Assembly (NCBI GenBank): GCA_951406725.2
Contig: OX597826.1
Location: forward strand, 38,378,001-38,442,000
From: Octopus vulgaris
Taxonomy: Eukaryota
Reading direction: 5' to 3'
DNA length: 64,000 nucleotides
Positions 12,950 to 24,228 of this stretch are shown piece after piece. The notes under the pieces were generated by a model. It saw only the letters and a program-made list of their open reading frames with translations. It was not told the origin of the DNA and did not search any database. Each line of letters starts with the position of its first letter. The stretch's first letter is position 1. Made by a program: the position numbers and the translations under genes.

Positions 12950-13310
12950 TCATCATCATTGTCATTGAACGTCTGTTTGCCATGCTGGCACGGGTTGAAC
13001 GGTTTGACTGAGGACTGGTGAGCCAGAAGGCTGCACCAGGCTCCAATCTGATCTGGCAGAGTTTCTACTGCTGGATGCCCTTCCTAATGCCAACCACTCC
13101 GAGAGTGTAGTGGGTGCTTTTACGTTCCACTGGCACGAGAGCCAGTCAGGTGATTCTGGCAACGACCACACTCAAAGGGTGTTTTATACGTACTACGTGC
13201 ACAGGAGTCAGTCTGGTGGTACTGGAAACGACCATGCTTGAATGTTGTTTTTCACATGCCACCGGTACATGTGCCAGTAAGGCGATGCTGGCAACAATCA
13301 CTGGCGATGT
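12950..13310 (-). mobile_element. RTE-associated SINE-like repeat
   Basis: Same family as 622-905. Confidence 0.7.
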
Positions 13311-14099
13311 AGTCTAATGAATGATAGCATAGAATAACAGACAATTGTTGACCATCTTGATGTGTTTTTAAGGGATAATATTTTGTCTATTTATGTTTTT
13401 ATGTATCCTACCAGTTGCAGAGATAAAATGGTTTGGATTAACATGAACTTTCCATGATTGCTGGAGAGAGAACAGGAATCTTATTAAATGTCTCAAGAGA
13501 TCATAAAGTTTTGGAGTGTCGTGAATGTTTGGACCAGGCTTAGGATAGGAGGAAATAGTATTCCAAGTTGAATTGAATCTGTACAGATATTTGTTAAAGT
13601 AAAAGTAGTGTAGGGGTTATGGTCCCTTACTTAATTTGATTAATGTTTGAAGACTGTTGCTTATTGTAGGTGCAGGAGTAGCTATGTGGTAAGTAACTTG
13701 CTTACCAACCACATGGTTCCGGGTTCATTCGCACTGCGTGGCACCTTGGGCAAGTGTCTTCTACTATAGCCTCAAGCTGACCAAAATCTTGTGAGTGGAT
13801 TTGGTAGACGGAAACTGAAAGAAGCCCGTTGTATATTTGTGTATATATATGTATGTGTGTGTATATGTTTGTGTGTCTGTGTTTGTCCCCCCAACAACGC
13901 TTGACAACTGATGCTGGTGTGTTTATGTCCCCATAACTTAGCAGTTCGGCAAAAGAGAGCGATAGAATAAGTACTAGGCTTCCAAAGAATAAATCTTGGG
14001 GTCGATTTGCTCGACTAAAGGCGGTGCTCCAGCATGGCCACAGTCAAATGACTGAAACAAGTAAAGAGTATTATTACTATTATTATTATTATTATTATT

Positions 14100-14612
14100 G
14101 AGTGAGCGAGCAGAGCATGCCATCAAAGTGACACTGGGGTAAAATATACGAAGCCCAGTATACCCATCATGACTACCCGTCTGATAAGGGCACACCAGGC
14201 ACATGCATCACAACCATATGTGCGCGAAATGGTGATCTCATATCAAGATAAACAGCACATGACCTTGCAGGTGGAGCCCAGTTAGAATTTTCTTCAGATC
14301 GAGTAACCCATCCCACTCAAAAGGTCCCTGAATAAGGGTTGTTTAAGGACATTGAACGAAACACCCATGTTTCCAGAGGTGAATTATTCAAACCCCAAAG
14401 AATCCTTCTCAACACATGGCTATGATGCTCCCCCACTACTTCTGCTCGTGATCAGAGATGCACATATCGTCAGCCACTAAGGGACATGCTCAACTGGTTA
14501 AGGTCAAACAACTGACAAGCAAATCTGTGGTATTGAGCAGAATATTTGCTGTAGCCCATCTTTTATACCAAGACAAAACAATGTACATGATAACACTTCC
14601 AATCAGTTAAGA

Positions 14613-14614
<2 letters not shown>
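14100..14614 (+). mobile_element. Non-coding element inserted in an (ATT)n tract
   Basis: Absent from duplication copy A (empty ATT tract at 4873-4928); an inverted copy lies at 50782-51398, also within (AAT)n. Confidence 0.85.
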
Positions 14615-14672
<58 letters not shown>

Positions 14673-14935
14673 TTATAAGAGAAGTACATTTGACAGAATT
14701 GTTGAAGCTTTGAAGATGAAGCCCTATTGGGCCTGATGTTTAAGTTTTGTTTCTGTCACAGAAGGAAATTGGAGTATGTGTGTATATATATATATATCAA
14801 AATAGGCAACAAGGATATCAAGAGGTAATGCAGTACGATCGTTTCATGCATTCCACAGGCATATAGCATTATGGCATAATGGTTAAGAGCATGGGCAACT
14901 AATCCCAAGATTCTGAGTTCGATTTCAGGCAGTGA

Positions 14936-14979
<44 letters not shown>

Positions 14980-15026
14980 TCAAAAAATAGCTTAGGAATG
15001 AGAACCCAGGTTCAAAATTTCCCCAA

Positions 15027-15074
15027 GACACCTGATGAAACCTGGAGGGTATATCAGCCGAAACATTGTGTTAA
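15027..15074 (+). ncRNA. Minimal Penelope-type hammerhead (degenerate), duplicate of 5282-5329
   Basis: Identical CTGATGA...GAAAC motif. Confidence 0.65.
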
Positions 15075-15854
15075 CAACAAACAAGATGAGGACAAATATC
15101 CATCAAATGTAAATAATGTCAATAATGTGCACCAACCATATCCAAGTTTTTGTAAGATTTTGGATTTGCATCTAAAGTTGCTATGAATTCTACAACTGAG
15201 ACAAGTTGAATAACCTTCACATTCAACACAAAACAGTGTCTTAGTCTACATGGACACAGATGTTCCATACCTAATTTAAAATATACAAATGTTGTCATTC
15301 TATCAAAACAGTGTATGCCATATTGAAAACAAATGTATTTCTATGCAGTTTACTCTATTTTTCTCTCTCCTCTCTCTTCTTCTCTCTTCTCTTATTTTCT
15401 TTCCTTCCTTATGTTTTCTTCATTATTAACTACATTAATTACATGCATCACTATACATATTAACCTGGATTAGTTAAATGTCATTCACACTTGTCTCCAA
15501 ATCACTAAGCTACAAGCAGTGATATTGCTATCCTTTCCTGTCAACAAATCATCCACTGATTTTGCACCTTCAAAGAAAAGCAGTTAAGGGTTTATGGAAG
15601 AAAAGGCACCTAACAGTAAAGCAGTGCTTCAATATACTGAACTGGATATATCTGATATCATACTAATAAGTTTTTGAAGCATAAACCCTTTGACACTGCA
15701 TATACAGCGATTGGTGTGTGCATCTCTGCATATGTTGAAGTGTATGTGTGTGTGTGTTTCTCCACATACATTGTAGTAGTGCACTTGTAGATTATTGTAA
15801 TTGTGTTTAGGGTCCTCGGCCCTTTTTTCCCCTATCAGTGTTCATACTCGACAG

Positions 15855-16660
15855 AGTGTAAGTACCTTGAGAGAGAAGTTGGACCTAAGAAGCATCAGTT
15901 GCGGTGTGCAATAGAGATGTTTGCGCTGGTATGGCCATGTGGCGAGAATGGATGAAGATAGGTGTGTGAAAAAGTGCCACACCCTAGCTGTTGAGGGAAC
16001 CTGTGGAAGAGGCAGACCCAGGAAAACCTGGGATGAGGTGGTGAAGCACGACCTTTGAACTTTAGGTCTCACCGAGGAAATGACTAGAGACCGAGACCTT
16101 TAGAAGTATGCTGTGCGTGAGAAGACCCGGCAGAACAAGTGAGACCATAATCCATGGCCTCAGTCCACTTATGCATACCTTTCCTTCTTGGGACACAAAA
16201 CTCTACTTGTGAAGACCTGTTGAGGCAAGTGAAAATCAAAAAATCAAAAAATCAAAAATCAAAATCGATCAACGTGAATGGAAATTGTAGCTGAGATACC
16301 AGTGCCGGTGGCACATAAGAGAACCATCTGAACGTGGCCGTTGCCAGCGCCGCCCCGACTGGCTTCCGTGCCGGTGGCACGTAAAAAGCACCATCCGATC
16401 GTGGCCATTTGCCTGCCTCGCCTGGCCTCCGTGCCAGTGGCACGTGAAAAGCACCATCCGACCGTGGCCGTTTGCCAGCCTCGTCTGGCACGTAAAAAGC
16501 CCCCACTACACTCATGGAGTGGTTGGCGTTAGGAAGGGCATCCAGCCGTAGAAACATTGCCAGATCAGACTGGGCCTGGTGCAGCCTTCTGGCTTCCCAG
16601 ACCCCAGTTGCACCGTCTAACTCATGCCAGCATGGAAAGCGGACGCTAAACGATGATGAT
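15855..16660 (+). mobile_element. RTE 3' end fused to SINE-like repeat with (GAT)n tail
   Basis: GRPRKTW motif, then internal tandem gtgccggtggcacgtaaaaagcaccatccga repeats and tail aaacgatgatgat. Confidence 0.75.
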
Positions 16661-18064
16661 TCCCCTTTATTCCTATTCTGCTTTACTGGACACCTATAAC
16701 CATTCAGTGTTTTAAAAATTCTATTGTGTTTTTATAATTAAATATTAGGAATTGTATAAAAGATAATTGTTAAAATATTTTTTTGTGTTGTAGGAGTATA
16801 AACAATCTATTGCTAATGTATTTTAACAACAAAATCAAATATAGACTGCTAAGAGACATCTGGATCCTGATTAAGAACTGTAGGATCTTGCAGGCATGAA
16901 GTGGATTCGATCCACCTTAGCCAACTTTAAATCAAAAGTTCAACAGAACTTTTCTCATTGTGGAACAATGGTTTTTCTGTGACAGCAGTTTAACATTTGC
17001 CAGATTGCCTTTGGCTAGGCCGAAATAATGTCTTCACCACTTGACCCTTATAACCTCTACTACTTCACCAAAAATCAGAATAGAGATAACAAGACCACCA
17101 ACTAAATCTATCATTCTCAATGATATGTCTATCCTTCTGGATAGTTAGTTATAAAAGCAAGAGCACCCCAAGCAAAAATCAGTTAGTCACTTTGGTGATG
17201 ACTCAACGAGTTCAGTCACATGGTGATAACCCAACCAATTCAGTCACTTTGGTGACAACTCATTGAGAATGAAGTCTGACTAGCCAGCTAGAACCTTGGT
17301 CAGAGGGAGAAATGAAGTTTACTGTCAGCAACTTTTACAAGTGATTTGTTTATATTTAGAATGACATTGTAGAGTATGTGCAAGAGACTACATTTGGCCG
17401 GTTTAGACATAAAACAGAATATTTGGGCCAAATAGGGCCAGTTTTAATGCTAGAGCGTTAATCCAGATTGGTCATACACTCATCATCTTTTTGTGATAAT
17501 CCCGTCATTTCTTCCAACCATAGAATATCTCATACTCAATAATGCAACATCCTCTTGCTTCTTTAGGATGTATCATATGTGATACGAGGGAGAATAGGCT
17601 GTTATATCCTACTGGCCAAGATGTCATGTAAAGGCTGCACTATTTGTGCAGGTTCCTGCATGGTGAGCAGGTTTGGTTCTTTGTGGGAGCTGCAGACCTG
17701 GATCAAGCAGACAGGGAAGTGCTACTTCTAATAAAGTTGGTGAAATGGAGGGCAAAGTTGGGGGCAGGGGGACAGCCTGAGTGAATGGGCAATTGTACAC
17801 TTGTTGACCAGAAAATCAAAACTGGAAGTAGCTAGCTATCCTTCCTTATCAAGGTAATTCTGAGCCTGTGGGGTTATTTGATTGACCCCTTAGTGACATT
17901 CCCTCCTATTCTAAAGACATTCTAAAGAATTTTGTTTAATGTGTATATTTTTTAATTTTTCTTTCAGTTTCAGTGCAAACCTTCACAGTTCTTGTCTTTG
18001 TAATGTCTTCTCATCCATTGTCCTTGTGGCAAATCATTGTTTTATTTCTTTTTGTTTCTTGCAG

Positions 18065-18295
18065 GGTGGAATTTTCATATACTGGGAACATATTGAATCA
18101 ACCAACTCTGCAGTTAAGTTTTTACAAGCTTTGCTGCATGGGACATGGAAGTTTCTGTTTGGCAACTGCCACCTGACTCGACGACCCTGGGAAACTATGG
18201 AATCAACTGGTTTTTCTACACTAAAATACACTAAGATCTGTGTTGATACCATGCCAATGATAAACACAACACTGGTGGGCAGTGCCACAAAATAA
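18065..18295 (+). CDS. METTL7A: METTL7/TMT1-like methyltransferase, last coding exon
   Basis: Acceptor ttcttgcag|GGT; GGIFIYWEH...FLQALLHGTWKFLFGNCHLTRRPWETMESTGFSTL...GSATK* matches METTL7A GGAFYFMEH...WQQVLDPAWHLLFDGCNLTRESW...GYAVK. Confidence 0.85.
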   Translation, partial: GGIFIYWEHIESTNSAVKFLQALLHGTWKFLFGNCHLTRRPWETMESTGFSTLKYTKICVDTMPMINTTLVGSATK

Positions 18296-18566
18296 TGGTT
18301 TCCAATCTGTAATAGATTGTCCTCTTTTTCTCTATTCTTCCAATCTTCTTTCCATCTTTTATCCGTTTTTATCTCTCCTCCTCCTCCCATTCTGTCACTG
18401 TCTCCCCTCTTCCTGTCTGTCTTTATTGATTCCTCCTCCTCCTCCCTTTTTGTCATTATCTCCCTTCTCTGCCTGTACTTCACCTCTACTTTTCTTTCAA
18501 CTTTTACACATCCACAATCTCATTCAAAGCAAATTCTAATATGAAAAGGAAGAGAATAATTAATAA

Positions 18567-20780
18567 TCTCTTATTATAAAAGGCAGATTTTATCTGCCTC
18601 CCTTTGTCAGTTATAGAAATCTACAATATAGGATTTCTTCAATTACAATTTACTTAGCATTTTTAAGAGTAGAATGCATCGGGTTTTGCCAGGTCCACTT
18701 TTTAAAATTTAAACTCCAATTAAGCAAAATTTACAGAAAACTCACATTCTGGTGTGTATGTCAAATGCTTTTCTTAATGTGTTTTACACCACACGCACAC
18801 GCACACACACAGTGTGCAACGAATAAAATGAAAGTAATTCACCTTTTGTAGTGAGTGACTCTTTCAGTCTGCCACTTCCTCTTTACACACATAGACACGC
18901 AAATATATAAATAAAATTGTAAGCTAACGTGCGTGTGTGTGTGTGTGACGGTGCGTGTGTGTGTGTGTGCGTGCGTGTGCGTGAGTGTGTGACTGGAAAG
19001 TATTTTAGGACGAATATAAGACCTATATCGGCGATGTTTCGCTTGTCGTAGCACAGGTTTCCGTCGATTTCCGTAAAAAACTTTTATTTTTTTACATAAG
19101 TAATGAGAGCGAAAGAGACTAAGAGAAAGCGATTGTATGACGAGAGAAGTTCTTTTGAAGTTACCATGCATGGGACGCATTGATGTACATGTGTGTGTGT
19201 GTGTGTGTTTGATGGAGTGTGGGAGACAGACAGTATGTTGTGTAAGTGAAGTGCTTCTGTTAGTGTGTGTGAAGAGACAGAGAGTAATGTGTGAAAGAGA
19301 GAGATAACTGAAATTTTTTACTCGGTTTATGTGTATATGTATGTATGCATGTATGTGTGTGTGTGTGTGTATGTATGGCCGATTCAGTGTTTACATTTTT
19401 TACGGAAATCGACGGAAACGTGTGCTACGACAAGCGAAACATCGCCCCTATATCCAAGTAGTAGAAAGATCGCCCAAAAGCGTATATAGATATTTAAATG
19501 TATTTGTATATTCATCTATACACAGATGTATGTATAATGTGTGTGTATATATTTCCATACACGTAACCATTCACTCCGCACAAAGGTTTTTAGGACGAAA
19601 ATAAGATCTAAAGTTATCTCTAAGTAGCACAGAGATCGCCCAAAAGTGTATATAGATATATAAATGTATTTATATATTCATCTATGCACACATGTATGTA
19701 TAATGTGTGTGTATATATTTCCATAGAGGTAACCATTCACTCCATACAAAGTTTTTTAGCACAAAAATAAGATCTAAAGTTATCTCTAAGAAACAGAAAG
19801 ATCGCCCAAAAGTGTATATAGATATTTAAATGTATTTATATATTCATCTATACACACATGTATGTATAATGTGCGCGTATATATTTCCATAGAGGTAACC
19901 ATTCAATCCATACAAAGTTTTTTAGGACGAAAATATTTATATATAAAAGAAAGGTTGTGTGTCTGTCTACTCCGATTTAGATTCCTAACTACTCCCACAT
20001 TTTGCGATGCAGTTTAACCAAAACCGGGTATCTTATAGTCGTGATTCATATCGAGCCCTTCTGGGTATTAGCGCACGTCTACGATGAGTCTATGATTTTA
20101 CAAATAATTTACCATCATTTTTTTCCATTTTAATGCATATTTTTTAAAATAAACGGAAGTAACTCTCAAACTTCACACCAATATGCGTGCTCATATGCGA
20201 CGTAATATCACATCAGCAGCATTTCCTCACACCCTCCTTGCACTTGGCGAAGGCAAAATACCAGGGGATGAAAATGGTAATATTGCCATCGATTCCATTT
20301 GTACCATTGTTAAGACGCCTTCTGATCTCAGAGATGCAGTGTTCCCAGATCTACAAGCTAATTATCAGAATATGGATTGGATTGGCAAAAAGGCTATACT
20401 GGCCCCGAGGAATAAAACTGTTCACCATATTAATGATGAAATGCTAAAACTCATTCCTGGGGAAGTCTATGTATATCAGTCTATCGATACAACTCCTGAC
20501 CCAGAGGACGTCATCAACTATCCAATAGAGGTACTCAATTCCTTTGAGCACCCCGGACTACCACCACACTTTCTCAAACTTAAAGTTGGTGCCCCTATAA
20601 TGCTCATCAGAAATTTGGTTCCCCCAAAACAATGCAATGGCACACGTTTGATCGTTAAGTCCTTATCTCCCACCGTAAGCTTATATCAATATTTGCCTGA
20701 ATAATCATCATAATTCAGTGCAATCATTAACAGTACTTTCAAGCAATTCAGCCCCGAGCAACGCCGGGCAATTCTGCTAG
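18567..20780 (+). mobile_element. Non-autonomous Helitron carrying a Pif1 helicase fragment
   Basis: 5' A|TC start; 3' hairpin cccgagcaacgccggg followed by CTAG|T at 20777-20781; helicase fragment inside. Confidence 0.8.
20183..20704 (+). pseudogene. Helitron Pif1-like helicase fragment
   Basis: KAILAPRNKTVHHIN, NYPIEVLNS.E.PGLPPH.LKLKVGAPIMLIRNL.P...CNGTRL are diagnostic Helitron helicase motifs. Confidence 0.9.
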
Positions 20781-20887
20781 TTTAAGTATATAAGTGCGTG
20801 TGTGTAACAATAATGAACTTATGGTATACTGTGCTCAGGTGCACTACAGGAGAGAGGGAGATATGTCTATATATAAATGTGTATGTA

Positions 20888-20923
<36 letters not shown>

Positions 20924-20984
20924 ATTCATGGTGGCCTAAATGTATACATGTGTGTACATATACACATGTGTGTGTGTGTGTGTG

Positions 20985-21034
<50 letters not shown>

Positions 21035-21121
21035 GTCTTCTACTATGTTGTAGGGCTGACTGCAGCCCTGTGAGTAGATCAGGTACATGGAAACTGAAAA
21101 ACATCCATATATATGTATGCT

Positions 21122-21155
<34 letters not shown>

Positions 21156-22619
21156 AATATGTATGTATGTATGTATAAAGATTAAAGTAAAAGTTAAAAA
21201 GCAAACCATTGGACATCACTTTAAAAAACACATTTAATTTAGACAGACACTCTGTATATCATTTATCTTCTCTCTAAATTAAATGTATTTTTCAAGTGAT
21301 GCCAAACGATTTGCCTTTTCATTTTTACTTCAATCTTTATCTACCTGCTCAAAGAGAAACCACCTATAGCCACTTCTGATAGGCAATCTCAACATCATAT
21401 GTTCAGTTGCAGTTCAAACCAGAGTTTTAGGGGTAAACCAAACAAAGCACATATAGAACAAACTCATAGATCAGATGCATTGAGATTTTGTCAGTGACCA
21501 CATGACAATGCATCTGTTTCACAACAAATGGTAGTTTGTCTTTGTATGTTTTTCATTGGCTTCCGTGTGTTGTCCATGCTGCAACCCCTATTTATATAGG
21601 GCTACCTGCTTCTCTTACTACTTTTACATACTCACATACACTCATACATGTATGTGTATATGTATGCGTATATTTCTATGTATGTCTATAAATATGAGTT
21701 TGTGTGTGTATATAAATGTGTATGTATGTTTATATATATATATATGTGTGTGTGTGTATTTATATATGCATGTGTCCCCGGATGTGTGGAAAGCAGACCT
21801 TAAATGATGATGGTGAGCCAACAAAGAAAGGGGTGCAGCAGCTACATTTGTCTGTGGTGCAAGGAGCTTAAATATGGTCGAAGGAACTAGGACTGGGCCT
21901 GTGAATCTGAAGGTTCTCTCACTGAAAAGAAAAATACTAATCACAGCCCTTTCTGGGAGAACATTCACCCTCTGAGATTCAAAATTTGTTTTGTGCTATC
22001 TTGCAATTTCACCCCACCCCACCCCCAGGACTTTCTTTGTGTGTGTGTGTGTGTGTGTGCTGGCAGTATCACAACCACCAAAAATGTGAGATAATCACAG
22101 CAAGAATGATCTTTTGAGGATAGTTCTGCTGAATGTGGTGGGGAGTGACCAAGGGTTAAATAACGACCTTCTCACTTCACCCCTCCAACTTGTATTTTGC
22201 ATTTTTCTTGTGTTTCTTTCTCTTCTCCTTTTGTCTCCTTCCATCATTTTATCTCCTTCAATCTAGCCCACCCCACCAACTTTGATTTTTCTCTCCTTTT
22301 TACTCTTTTTTTAAAATATTAATTGAGGTTACTATTTTAAGGCACCTATTTACCATTTTTAGAAGAACAATGAGTTTGTTGCAGGTTTCTCCAATTCTGA
22401 CATAACAGAGAGTATTCTCTGCAAACAAAACATTTTTTCTTGATTTTTTATATTTCTTTTTTTCTCTTTTTGAACCCTTTTAGATAATAATCAATAAATG
22501 GTATGACCTCTTCCACATGTGTTTCTTGTTTTTTCATAATTCTTCATATCCAATATCACAAAACAAATGCGACACCATCCAGTGCAGCAGGATCTCAGAC
22601 AAGGAGGGCTAACTTGATC

Positions 22620-23210
22620 AGTGTCATCTGGTTTGTTTCCATTCAGTCTCACAACCCCATGGTGGGACCTGGTTCAATGCAGTGTCATTACTCTTACCTG
22701 GCATTCAACTTGGTAGCAACTATTTGCACATTAGCATTTCCCTGAGGCTGGGTTTCCAGATCTATGAGCCTCACAAATGCCACTGCAGATTCACTGTACA
22801 TTCTTTCAGCCTCCACCCATTGTCATGCTGGCTGCCTTCCACATCAAGCTACTCTCAACAAGATCATACATGAAAGGCAGCCTAGAGGTCGCAGGCTTCC
22901 CTTCCCATCTCAAGCCAGTAGGCCTAGACTGAGGGGATGGTAAAAGGCATGACAGTTTCATGTTCTGCGGTGGTAGACTCTTTATCTGGGGTGCCATGTG
23001 TTTCAACATCTTCAACAGCAACTTGGTGTGTTAAGCTTCCAGCCAGGCCCCACTTCTCATCAAATCAAGAAGGGCCAACTCTCAAAGTATCGACCACTCT
23101 CTGACAGATTTGTGGTCAAACCTATGGCAGTGGAAACCACCATCCCTACTCACTGCTATCAGAGCAGAGATGGCTATCTGCTAGTATTAGTTAGAGTGGC
23201 TATTCTAGAG
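22620..23210 (+). mobile_element. Degraded C-terminus of a CRE-like (restriction-like endonuclease) non-LTR retrotransposon
   Basis: LRLGFQIYEPHKCHC...LHPLSC, then frameshifted GSLEVAGFPSHLKPVGLD*GDGKRHD...IW and KYRPLSDRFVVKPMAVET. Confidence 0.6.
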
Positions 23211-24228
23211 CATCTCCCACACTATCCTTCAGGCAATGCCTTTCCATTTTGTCTACTGGGACCAAGTGGCAAACTAACATGCTGTGAGGAAGAGGAAAGA
23301 TATTGTACTGGGGTGAGGTAAAGAGAATAGCTCTCTTGTACATCAAACAGCTGATACAATGAAAGAGAGATTGAATGGAAGATATAAATGCCAGAGGGAA
23401 AAGAGACACAACCGCACAGAATGATTAAGAGAAGATTTATTGATATAATGCGTGCCATATATACAGAATAGTAGACAGGCTGTCATGAGAACAAATGTAT
23501 GTGTGCGTGTGTTAAGTACATATAAGAATGGCAATGAAGAAGAAGACAGTGAAAGAGTCTATAACCATTGAAATGAGAAGTTAATATACACAAGAAAGAT
23601 AAGAATACCAATTCATAGTCAATTGTACACAGTAGTTGAAATACTGTATCAAGAAGTCACAGCTATGATGCTGAGCCGGTTACTGGTACAGGTCGTATGT
23701 GAAGTCGTGGCTGTGATGCTGCTGCCTGGGTCACTTGATACAGGAGTTCATGCAGGTTGTATATTTGCTGTTGGTCCATGGTGAAGTAATTTACAAACAG
23801 TGGAGTGATGGAACCTGGGTGAATTGCTTGCTGAGCTGTGTATGTAGAGAGATGATGGTGACAACAAAGTTGATAAGTCTCAACGTAGCTGTTGTGGAGT
23901 GATGTTGTCTGGAGCTGGTGCTGAAACTGGCTGTGTCTTGTGCGGTCAGTTGCAAGACCTTAAAAGGTCTGGAACCAAAAAACTTCAAAACGAGGTAAAG
24001 GTGAATTTTTATAAGGAGCAGTAGGCTCAAATGGGGTTGAGGACAGGTTGTTCCATGTGATTTTAATTATATGTGGCAGTTGGCACAATTGAGTAAGAGA
24101 CAAATTGCCCTAATGCCAACCATTCAGAGTAGTGGACACAACAGGATCCAAATAGTGGCCAAAGGCTAGCAGTTCCCTGGTACGTTCAAAAGCACATAAT
24201 AATATAAAAGCACATATATATATATATA

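Larger units (their letters stand above)
13663..16208 (+). repeat. Local segmental duplication, copy B (inside METTL7-like intron)
   Basis: Near-identical to 4458-6906, with a 515-bp insertion and loss of the block equivalent to ~6063-6500. Confidence 0.95.

Noticed and set aside
14178-14245. CTGATAA...GAAA as a hammerhead
   Set aside because: Core G8 is absent, the second copy (51280-51330) has GACA instead of GAAA, and stems I/III are not evident.
20794-21968. ORFs of 80-150 aa here and at 32192, 37699, 49623 and 52835
   Set aside because: Translations of TA/CA/CAT microsatellites.
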